Shown here piece by piece: positions 33,696 through 40,933 of a DNA stretch of 40,933 bases. Under the pieces are notes generated by a model. It saw only the letters and a list, made by a program, of their open reading frames with translations, was not told the DNA's origin and searched no databases. The position numbers and the translations under genes are program-made. Every line of letters begins with the position of its first letter. Position 1 is the stretch's first letter. The DNA comes from a virus: IMG/VR virus record IMGVR_UViG_3300017963_000129. One strand, given 5' to 3'.

Positions 33696-34658
33696 TCAAA
33701 CCTCGATGCGCTCCGCCCCTTCTGGCGGGAAGTAAACCCCGTCACGCTCCACGCAGTACGTATCACTAGGCTCCATCACATCCACCTGCTCAATCATCGC
33801 CACGTGATCAAACAAACCTCTATATGCCGCTCGTGCCCCATAGGGTCTAAACAGATCCCACCACCCATTCTCATTCGGCTCCGATCGGAACGCCCACGCA
33901 CGGTCCGTACCTACATACTCATCTTCCCCATCCCGCGCCACCACCCCAAAAATGACGCGGTACACCCGGAACGGATAAAACGCCTCCGCCTGCGCTTTCT
34001 CCTGCTCCTCTGCCTCCTCTATCGCCCGTCGTTGCGCATCCGCCAGTGCCTGCGCCTTACAAAACAGCGTCGCCCGCGCCTGCGTATACAAGCTGACAAT
34101 CGTCTCTTCGCACTCCGGGAAGCGTCGCAACGCACCCGCCTTCGCCGCCTCCAGCGCCTCCACATCCTCCGCGTCCACAATGCGCGCCTCCGCCTCACTC
34201 ACCAAGCGCGCATAACGATCATGCGTCACCGCCATCAGCTCTCGCAAAAACTGCCCCCACTTCTCATCCGTCGCCGGTAAGTACAGAACCCTCATCCCCG
34301 GGAAAACGATCTTCACCTCCTTCAGCCCATCATCATTCCGACGCCAGAACTCCAGCCAGCCGCCCAGCATCACATACTCACTCGCTTCGTAACACAGAGT
34401 ATAGCGCAGCAACGGCGTCGCCGCACCCACCATCTCCGGAAACTCCAGCTCATCCATGGCCAGTCCCAGCGCTGCCAGCAATTCCCCACGCCCCATTTTG
34501 AGGATAAACGCCTCCGCCAGATCTCGCAGCGACGCCTGGAATTCCGCCTTCGTCTCCGCCAGGCTGCGCGCCTGTCTCTCCTCCTCATCCCGCGCCGCCT
34601 GCACATAGCTCTCGAAAAGATCCTCATACATCATGCGCTGCATCCGGATCCCTCCCAT
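33696..34658 (-). CDS. Hypothetical protein
   Basis: 320-aa ORF with acidic/coiled segments. The start is ambiguous (34658, 34643 or 34634). Confidence 0.6.
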   Translation of the reverse strand: MGGIRMQRMMYEDLFESYVQAARDEEERQARSLAETKAEFQASLRDLAEAFILKMGRGELLAALGLAMDELEFPEMVGAATPLLRYTLCYEASEYVMLGGWLEFWRRNDDGLKEVKIVFPGMRVLYLPATDEKWGQFLRELMAVTHDRYARLVSEAEARIVDAEDVEALEAAKAGALRRFPECEETIVSLYTQARATLFCKAQALADAQRRAIEEAEEQEKAQAEAFYPFRVYRVIFGVVARDGEDEYVGTDRAWAFRSEPNENGWWDLFRPYGARAAYRGLFDHVAMIEQVDVMEPSDTYCVERDGVYFPPEGAERIEV

Positions 34659-34899
34659 TCCGCGCCTCGTACCACGCCTTCACCCGCGCGTTGATCCGCT
34701 GCCAATCCGCCTCCGACGTCTCCGCCGACAGCTCGCCCACCACCGGGATGCGCTTGGCATTCTTCAGCGGAGGAAGCAACTTGTCTCCCCACCCCAAGCG
34801 CCCCACCACCCAGCCCGCCAAATCCATCAGGATCCCGTTTGGCCGTACCTTCAACTCACGCATCCGTCCTTTGACGTAATCTCTGCTAACATCACTCAT
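34624..34899 (-). CDS. Hypothetical protein
   Basis: 91-aa ORF in the early operon. Confidence 0.5.
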   Translation of the reverse strand: MSDVSRDYVKGRMRELKVRPNGILMDLAGWVVGRLGWGDKLLPPLKNAKRIPVVGELSAETSEADWQRINARVKAWYEARNGRDPDAAHDV

Positions 34900-34966
34900 A
34901 ATTTGCCCCTCCTAGAGACAAAGACGTCCTGGCCAGGCCCCCGCCCGTCACCAGGACGTCGATTAA

Positions 34967-35170
34967 CTACGCACAATCGGGCGTAGTATCCTTTGCCGCC
35001 TCGCGTACCATCTCATCCCACTCGCGGATGATCGTGCGCAATGCCAGGCTAAAGTTCACCGTGCCCTGCTGCGCCTCCAGCTCGTGCATCTTGGCTTCCA
35101 CAATTGCACGATCCTCCTCAAAAAAGGATATAGACAACCTCTCCGCCCTCCGCCTGCCGTTTTGATTCAT
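34967..35170 (-). CDS. Ribbon-helix-helix DNA-binding protein (Cro/antirepressor-like by position)
   Basis: RLSISFFEEDRAIVEAKMHEL has an RHH beta-strand plus helix layout. It is the first gene of the leftward operon, divergent from the CI-like gene. Confidence 0.55.
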   Translation of the reverse strand: MNQNGRRRAERLSISFFEEDRAIVEAKMHELEAQQGTVNFSLALRTIIREWDEMVREAAKDTTPDCA

Positions 35171-35198
35171 ATCTCCCCCCCTTGATTGTGTCCCGTCT

Positions 35199-35228
35199 GG
35201 AGCGAGGGCGCCATCACTCCCTCGCTCC
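35199..35228. promoter_or_regulatory. Perfect 10-bp inverted repeat in the early leader
   Basis: ggagcgaggg cgccatcact ccctcgctcc. Confidence 0.5.
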
Positions 35229-35421
35229 TTCCGAGATGGTCTCCAGGACAGCCGCCGTCACAGCCGCCCCCATGTGACTCCCGGCTCTGCACTCTATTCG
35301 GTTGAGGTTCTTCTGCACCATAGGTTTGGATACTCATCAGCTTCTCACTTCTGGAGGCTCACACTTTCTCGGTCAACAGATACACCAGGTACCGGGAGCC
35401 ACATGGGGATTGCCGTGATAT

Positions 35422-35455
35422 TTCGCAAAATCATTCCACCAGGTTATAATAACCT
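35422..35455 (+). promoter_or_regulatory. Candidate sigma70-type promoter overlapping a palindromic operator
   Basis: TTCGCA, then 17 nt, then TATAAT (35445-35450). The -10 box sits inside the 15-bp palindrome AGGTTATAATAACCT (35441-35455). A related palindrome AGGTAATACCT lies at 35500-35510. Confidence 0.4.
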
Positions 35456-35551
35456 TCCTACTGGAAAGTAATATACCACACTTCCTACTCGTTGTCAATA
35501 GGTAATACCTTAAAACCCAGAGGAAAGTATCCTCATAGTACAATAATACCA

Positions 35552-35929
35552 ATGGATACCTTCAGCGCTTGGCTTGAGGAGCAATTGCACATCCGAGGCT
35601 GGCGTCCTGCTGATCTAGCCCGCCACGCCGACATCCCAGACGCCACCCTGAGCCGCATCCTCAATCAAAGTCGCCAGGCAGGCCCGGATGTTTGCCGCGC
35701 CATCGCCTACGCGCTGAAAATAGAAGAAGAAATCGTGTTTCGTCGCGCTGGCCTACTCAGCCCCGTCCCCCCCGCCGTCCAGGACGAAAACGAGGCAATT
35801 ATGATCCTGCGCAGCCTCCCCGACGATCTACGCCGCATCGCCCTGCGCATCCTGCGCAGCCTAAAAAACGATTACCGGCAAAAACCCAGCCACCATACCA
35901 TCCACGAGGATCAAGACAACTATGAATAA
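35552..35929 (+). CDS. XRE-family HTH repressor (CI-like)
   Basis: WRPADLARHADIPDATLSRILNQSRQAGPDVCRAIAYAL is an XRE-type HTH. Start set at MDTFSAW. Confidence 0.75.
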   Translation: MDTFSAWLEEQLHIRGWRPADLARHADIPDATLSRILNQSRQAGPDVCRAIAYALKIEEEIVFRRAGLLSPVPPAVQDENEAIMILRSLPDDLRRIALRILRSLKNDYRQKPSHHTIHEDQDNYE

Positions 35930-36332
35930 ACCAACCCTCATCCTGATCGCCATCCTGACCTTTACCGCCTGCGGCCGCTCCCAAGCCCCCACACAACCCC
36001 CCGCCGCCACCGATCCGCCCGCCGCAGCCGCTGGATTACTCATAGAACTCAGCGGCGACACCGACACCGTATCCGACAACTACACCCTGACAAGCTGTCC
36101 CAAATCCGTCCTCACCTGGAGCGTCGAGCCTGGTGGATCCGGAGCTGCCGCCATCGCCATCAGCCTCCACAACGTCGACAGCGACCGCACGATCCAGCTC
36201 GTAACCACATTCAAAATGGAGCACCCCCAACCCCTGACCGGCGAAGCCCTGCACAACCTGGACGCAGGCACCTACTACCTGCAAATTCAGAACATCACCG
36301 GACCCTGGAGCATCCTATGGGAATGTAAATAA
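35922..36332 (+). CDS. Lipoprotein
   Basis: MNKPTLILIAILTFTAC has a signal peptide plus a lipobox-like Cys. Overlaps the CI-like gene end. Confidence 0.65.
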   Translation: MNKPTLILIAILTFTACGRSQAPTQPPAATDPPAAAAGLLIELSGDTDTVSDNYTLTSCPKSVLTWSVEPGGSGAAAIAISLHNVDSDRTIQLVTTFKMEHPQPLTGEALHNLDAGTYYLQIQNITGPWSILWECK

Positions 36333-36437
36333 CACCCCAGACCGCACAAGTCACCTAGTGCTGACCGCACAGCATCCTCCCCAACCCACACCGTGAGGCC
36401 AGCACCATCCATCCCCGCCCGCACACTTCACATCCGT

Positions 36438-36470
36438 GAGGTCACAAGTTCGAATCTTGTCGCGCCCACC
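36438..36470 (+). other. tRNA 3-prime-end fragment (probable attP core)
   Basis: acaag ttcgaat cttgt cgcgccc a cc gives a T arm, the 3-prime acceptor strand, the discriminator and CC, with no 5-prime half. It lies 119 bp upstream of the integrase start. Confidence 0.55.
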
Positions 36471-36588
36471 TACCCGAACACCCGTGCGCATCGCTGACCG
36501 CACCACAACCCAATACCCGCCTTGTGTGGCCTAACATATAAAAAAACGACCCTTGCGGTATGAATCCTTCACACCGGAGGCCACACAA

Positions 36589-37614
36589 ATGAACCTCACC
36601 CTCTCCCAAGCCATCGACGGATTCCTGCTCCACAAAGAGATCGCTGGCGCCTCACCCTACACCCTGCGCAACTATCGCCTAGCATTACGCAGACTTTCAG
36701 CCCACTTTGACCACGATCCCCCCCTGGCCAGCATCACCACCGACCACATCCGCGCCTTCCTGCACCAATTCCAGACCACACAACTCACCCCCGCAGGCGT
36801 CGCGCCCCGCCCCGCCAAACTCCCCTCCCCCAAAACCGTCCTCAACCTACATACCGCCCTCAAATCCTTCTGGAGCTGGGCCACAGATGAAGGATATACC
36901 CCGGCCCACATCGTCAAACCCATCCAGCCCCCCAAAGCCAGCGTGCAATCCATCCAGCCCTTCACCCAAAGCGACATCCAGGCCCTGCTTGCCGCCGTCG
37001 ACAGCTCCCAGCCCTGGCAAAACGCCCCCCACGTCCGCTCCCAGCGCCCCGAGGAGCTGCGCCGCCGCGATCGCGCCCTCATCCTCTTCCTGCTCGATAC
37101 CGGCGTACGCGCCTCCGAGCTGTGCGCGCTCACCATCGCCGACGTCGACCGCAAGTCCGGATCCGCCGCCATCCGTGGCAAATCCCGCCTCAACTCCGGT
37201 CAAGGCAAAACCCGCACCGTCTACTTCGGCTCCAAAACCCGTAAAGCCCTCTGGGAATATCTGGTGAAACGCCCCGCTCACGTTGGGAGCGGCCTACCCT
37301 CCCAGCGGGAGGGGCTGGGGGAGGGAGAAACTCCCCTCTTCGCCACCACCAAAGGAGTCCCCCTCGAGCGCCGCCACCTTGGTCGCCATCTCAAACGTCT
37401 GGGACAGCGCGCAGGCGTAAAGAACACAAACCCCCACCGCTTCCGTCATAGCTTCGCCATCAACTATCTCAGAAACGGAGGGGATGTCTACACCCTCCAA
37501 AACCTGCTTGGTCATTCCAGCCTGGACATTGTACGTCGCTATCTAAAAATCGCCGAGGCCGATTGCGCTACCGTCCACCGCCGCGCCAGTCCCGTCGACA
37601 ATTGGAATCTATAA
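36589..37614 (+). CDS. int: Tyrosine integrase
   Basis: GGAGG RBS before the ATG at 36589. LLDTGVRASELCALTIADVD (Arg), HRFRHSFA (H-x-x-R) and LLGHSSLDIVRRYL (His, Tyr). Confidence 0.9.
   Translation: MNLTLSQAIDGFLLHKEIAGASPYTLRNYRLALRRLSAHFDHDPPLASITTDHIRAFLHQFQTTQLTPAGVAPRPAKLPSPKTVLNLHTALKSFWSWATDEGYTPAHIVKPIQPPKASVQSIQPFTQSDIQALLAAVDSSQPWQNAPHVRSQRPEELRRRDRALILFLLDTGVRASELCALTIADVDRKSGSAAIRGKSRLNSGQGKTRTVYFGSKTRKALWEYLVKRPAHVGSGLPSQREGLGEGETPLFATTKGVPLERRHLGRHLKRLGQRAGVKNTNPHRFRHSFAINYLRNGGDVYTLQNLLGHSSLDIVRRYLKIAEADCATVHRRASPVDNWNL
37297..37331 (+). repeat. Palindromic element, copy 5, in frame inside the integrase CDS
   Basis: ccctcccagcgggaggggctgggggagggagaaac, translated as LPSQREGLGEGET. 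Confidence 0.85.
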
Positions 37615-39195
37615 TACCCCCGCCTCCCGCTGCGCAAAAAACACTTCTAAACTATCCTCTGGCAGATCCGGAGACAACGCGAGCATCGCCGTCTCCGCAT
37701 CATACGCCGTGTGCCGGATCACGAACACCGTGCCCGCCCCCACAGCCCCTGCTGCGGCATAATCCACGATCTTCACCCGCTTCCCGGCTCGCACCGTGCT
37801 CGCATCCCACCACATCCCGTTTTTGCCCCGGATCCTGCCTCGCAAACTGAACCGCGCCTTGTGCAGAGGATCCTTGTGATACGCCAGAAAACGCGCCCCC
37901 GCATAAGCCGCGATCGTCGCATCCGCGTGATCAATATCCAGTACGTAATCGCGCTGCCCATAACTCGCAATGGATGCCGCGTCGGTCAGCGACCCATCGT
38001 CTTCGGGAGTTAAAAACGTCGATCGGCCATTCTCATCCAGATAACGCACGATCACGTAATTATACAACTCATCATCCGACAGATCGTCCTGAAACTCCGC
38101 CAGCTCCCCCAGCCGCATCTCATATTCCCAATCATCTGTATCCGGCCGTTGCTCAAAGAGCAGCTTAGGTTTTCCATCGCTGGTGCCCACATCGTCCCAC
38201 ACACACGCCCCATACGAATTGAGCGAACTGTCCCCGAACAACGCTGCTCGCTGTATGATGCTATCCCCCGACTCGTAATCGTCCCCCTGCGTGATAAACG
38301 GGCTCAGCACATAGCCTGGATCCGTCAATTCGTCGTAATCGCTGCTCAGATCTCCCCCTATCTTGAGCAGCACATCCTCCACAATTTCATCCGCGTGATA
38401 CGTCTCGCTCCCGTCGTGACTGTGCCCGCTCTCAAATTCCCCATACACCACCACATTGTTAATCAACAGCACGTCGTTATCGTCATAATCATCCGTCGTA
38501 ATACACTGAAATCGAAACTCGATCACATTCGCGTTTGGGCTGATCGTCACGTCTGCCGATCCGCTGGTATCGTTATAAGGCGGACCGGCATTCGTCGCCG
38601 TACCATCCGCCGCGTCTTCGTCCACATTGTATGTGACAATCTCCCCCCCCTCACCCGTTCTGATCCAATAGTCAAACGTCACGCGTCGCGCCGTCGTGCT
38701 ATCTGGCATCGTATAGCGTTCGCGATACTTCTCCCCCGCCGTCCGCGTCGAATTGAAAAACTGCAACCCGACCTTGCAAAAGTCCTCCCGCTTAGTCACC
38801 ACAAACGTATCCTGCGGGCTGGCGGTTGTGGGCCACGTCGTGCGCGACATCGGCGCCGCGTCGATCCAGCGTTTGCGCATCTTGCGCTCCACCAACACCA
38901 CATACCAACCCAGCGCCGACACCTGGATCTCTTCCCCCCCCTGCCGCAGCGCCCGGTTCAACGAATTCAGCCGCCCCTGATACACAACCCGAGTCGGACC
39001 CGAACGCACCACCATCTCATATGCGTTCTTCACTGCCCAGCGCTTGGCGATATCCCGCGCCACCCGAAACGAGGCCATCCCATAGCCCTTCGGCCAATTT
39101 GTCTCCCATTCCAGCCCCGTCGCGTAATCCGCTGACCGGTTGGGGTCATTCACCAGCGCCCCATCCCGGTCATAAATATAAACCCGTTCCTTCAT
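37609..39195 (-). CDS. Tail/baseplate protein (distal tail protein-like N-terminus)
   Basis: 528 aa from MKERVYIYDRDG. Last gene of the late operon, convergent with int. The start is supported by an ATGA overlap with the upstream micro-ORF. Confidence 0.55.
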   Translation of the reverse strand: MKERVYIYDRDGALVNDPNRSADYATGLEWETNWPKGYGMASFRVARDIAKRWAVKNAYEMVVRSGPTRVVYQGRLNSLNRALRQGGEEIQVSALGWYVVLVERKMRKRWIDAAPMSRTTWPTTASPQDTFVVTKREDFCKVGLQFFNSTRTAGEKYRERYTMPDSTTARRVTFDYWIRTGEGGEIVTYNVDEDAADGTATNAGPPYNDTSGSADVTISPNANVIEFRFQCITTDDYDDNDVLLINNVVVYGEFESGHSHDGSETYHADEIVEDVLLKIGGDLSSDYDELTDPGYVLSPFITQGDDYESGDSIIQRAALFGDSSLNSYGACVWDDVGTSDGKPKLLFEQRPDTDDWEYEMRLGELAEFQDDLSDDELYNYVIVRYLDENGRSTFLTPEDDGSLTDAASIASYGQRDYVLDIDHADATIAAYAGARFLAYHKDPLHKARFSLRGRIRGKNGMWWDASTVRAGKRVKIVDYAAAGAVGAGTVFVIRHTAYDAETAMLALSPDLPEDSLEVFFAQREAGVL

Positions 39196-39350
39196 TGAAT
39201 CACCGCGCAACCGTACCCGATCACAACCCCGACCAACACCCACGCCAGTCGCTTAAAGCACACCAATAAAAAACCTGTGATGCGCTCCACACATCCTGCG
39301 GGCTTGCCTACCGGCTTCAGCACCATCGGCGTCCCAAAAATATTACTCAT
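39192..39350 (-). CDS. Small membrane protein (52 aa)
   Basis: Manual translation: MSNIFGTPMVLKPVGKPAGCVERITGFLLVCFKRLAWVLVGVVIGYGCAVIQ. Coupled at both ends (the ATG lies inside the upstream GAT GAG TAA, and the stop overlaps the next ATG). Confidence 0.4.
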   Translation of the reverse strand: MSNIFGTPMVLKPVGKPAGCVERITGFLLVCFKRLAWVLVGVVIGYGCAVIQ

Positions 39351-39543
39351 CCTTGATTCCTACATCATCCGGCTTCCGCTGCGCCTTATACTCCAGAAGC
39401 GACAACCGCGTACTAAGCGTATTTATCTCATGCTGCAGCTCCGCCATCCGGTTCTCCACTTCCTTCTCGTATTCCTTCCACGCCAAAAACAGCTTGGTAA
39501 ACCCATCCCGCAGCAAATCATCATCCAGCAACTGCTGATTCAC
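39343..39543 (-). CDS. Small coiled-coil protein
   Basis: 66 aa with a heptad-like sequence (KEYEKEVENRMAELQHEINTLSTRLSLLEYK). Confidence 0.5.
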   Translation of the reverse strand: MNQQLLDDDLLRDGFTKLFLAWKEYEKEVENRMAELQHEINTLSTRLSLLEYKAQRKPDDVGIKDE

Positions 39544-40933
39544 GCGATCACCCCACCCGGCAGAGTATAACGCGGCGTCACCTTAGCCGCCACCGTCGCC
39601 GACCTGGTCACCGTGTACGCCGTGTCCTCCTCCCCCAGCACAAAGTACACGTAATTGTACTCATTCGGCTTCAGCGTCACCTCATCCCCCGTGTGCATCC
39701 AGCGCTGGAGCTGCGAGTCATCATCGCTCGCGTCTTCCATCCACGCCTCCCAGCCATCCACCACCAGCGTGTCGCCGCTGGCCAGCGTCACCGTCCCCCC
39801 GCTGCCGCTCTCGCACTCCACCCGGCAGCTCGGCTCCGGTAGGAGCTGGATGAAATCCAGACGCACCGTACCCGCCGTCGCCACCGCTTCCGTCACCATC
39901 AAACCTGCCACCATCGTCGGCGGCACATTCGCCTGCGGCCAGTCGATCTCAAAATCGCCAAAATCGCGCAACTGCATCGCGCTCGCCGTCCCCCCCGTCA
40001 GCGTATCCCCATACGCCCGGTCCGACGCCCCCAGGCGAAAATAAGGCGCCACGTCATAATTCTGCCCGATCGCCCGGAAGCGGCCCAGTACCTGCACGTG
40101 CCCTCGAATCACTTCTATCTCGTTCATTGTCATATCGAAATCGTGCGTGTCGCTCCCCGATCCCGACGTCGTTCCCTGTTCATACGCATCGCCCGAGCTA
40201 TTACCCGTATCCGACGTGCCATCGTACTCCAGCCACAGCGTACGCGGGGATGCAAACGGCTCCGTAACCGCCTTGCGCCCCATCCACACCACACGCGGCG
40301 CCTCCGCCGTATCCAGATCGATGCGCCACTCCACCTCCGCAGGCATATCGCCGCTCACCCCGCCCAGAATCGCGTAGTTATGGCTGGCCGTACCGCTCAC
40401 ATCGCCCGACACCGCGTCAATCTCGGCGTCGCCGTCCTTCGTCCAGATAAACGGCGGCATGCCGATCACCCCATGGTCCTGCTTCACGGGCAGCTCCGCA
40501 TCATACAAATCGCTCACCTGCGTCGCCGTCAACCCCTCCCGCCAGATGCGCCAGCCGTCCAGATAGCCGTTCAGCGCCTGCTCCTCCTCCACCGAAAAGC
40601 CCAAGCACAGCGTCCCCCCGGTGGAATAGCCCAGCGGCAGAGCCGTCGATCCATCCGCCGCCCCATTCACGTACATCGTAAGCGTGCCATCCACGTGCAC
40701 CACCGCCACGTGCATCTTATCATACGCATCAAACGACAGCGACGAACCATTCAGCGCAAACGCGGCCCCATCCCGGTCGCCTACCACCTCAAATCGCGCC
40801 GTCCCCGGCCCGCCGATGATGTCTATTTGACAGGTGATATTATCGGTTGCATCCACGTAATACTGCCACAACGTGTGCTCCTGCATCACGCCAGCCACCG
40901 GATAGCCGGGCTGGATCCAGCCCGCCACCGTAA
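39540..40933 (-). CDS. Large tail-tip/baseplate protein, C-terminal part with LamG/concanavalin-like domain (continuation of 1..1306)
   Basis: FALNGSSLSFDAYDKMHVAVVHVDGTLTMYVNGAADGS...LNGYLDGWRIWREGLTATQVSDLY is a LamG-type jelly roll. The frame is open to the window end. Confidence 0.7.
   Translation of the reverse strand, partial: TVAGWIQPGYPVAGVMQEHTLWQYYVDATDNITCQIDIIGGPGTARFEVVGDRDGAAFALNGSSLSFDAYDKMHVAVVHVDGTLTMYVNGAADGSTALPLGYSTGGTLCLGFSVEEEQALNGYLDGWRIWREGLTATQVSDLYDAELPVKQDHGVIGMPPFIWTKDGDAEIDAVSGDVSGTASHNYAILGGVSGDMPAEVEWRIDLDTAEAPRVVWMGRKAVTEPFASPRTLWLEYDGTSDTGNSSGDAYEQGTTSGSGSDTHDFDMTMNEIEVIRGHVQVLGRFRAIGQNYDVAPYFRLGASDRAYGDTLTGGTASAMQLRDFGDFEIDWPQANVPPTMVAGLMVTEAVATAGTVRLDFIQLLPEPSCRVECESGSGGTVTLASGDTLVVDGWEAWMEDASDDDSQLQRWMHTGDEVTLKPNEYNYVYFVLGEEDTAYTVTRSATVAAKVTPRYTLPGGVIA
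40811..40933. repeat. Second copy of the 123-bp terminal repeat
   Basis: Base-for-base identical to 1-123. Confidence 0.9.

Noticed and set aside
36442-36633. Minus-strand 63-aa ORF over the tRNA fragment and the int start.
   Set aside because: It overlaps the attP core and the integrase RBS and start. It has no coding signal.

Overview
The window is a complete, circularly assembled, GC-rich temperate siphovirus-like phage genome, possibly a phage-plasmid. Bases 1-123 are identical to 40811-40933, giving a unique length of 40,810 bp, and one tail gene reads straight through the junction. I call about 55 genes, all on the minus strand except a three-gene plus-strand lysogeny block: CI-like repressor, lipoprotein and tyrosine integrase, with a tRNA 3-prime fragment that looks like attP. 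The minus-strand late operon runs terS, terL, portal, a 249-aa unknown, a mini-GNAT, an SPP1 gp7/Mu F-like head morphogenesis protein, scaffold and major capsid. An atypical block of about 9.4 kb follows. It holds a sugar-modification cassette (GT4, formyltransferase, GT2-like, sulfotransferase-like), a beta-helix protein, two paralogous fibre proteins made of near-identical 66/72-bp tandem repeats, and a secreted protein. After that come head-tail connectors, major tail protein, G/T chaperones with an A9 slippery site, tape measure and tail-tip genes that wrap the junction. The minus-strand early operon runs RHH Cro-like protein, unknowns, a 115-nt tRNA-like element, a membrane protein, an orphan N4/N6 DNA methyltransferase, a second tyrosine recombinase, and a protein with a Cas6/RAMP-type glycine-rich loop. 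It continues with a repeat-dense non-coding region of about 420 bp, five perfect 21-bp iterons, a primase-helicase, a ParA-RHH partition cassette with a phased heptamer array, and a holin-like gene. A 38-bp C-rich/G-rich palindromic element with a four-tract G-quadruplex motif occurs at five loci, including in frame inside the integrase and at both ends of the GT4 gene. No endolysin, reverse transcriptase or CRISPR array is recognisable. All functional calls come from reading motifs by eye, and no database search was run.
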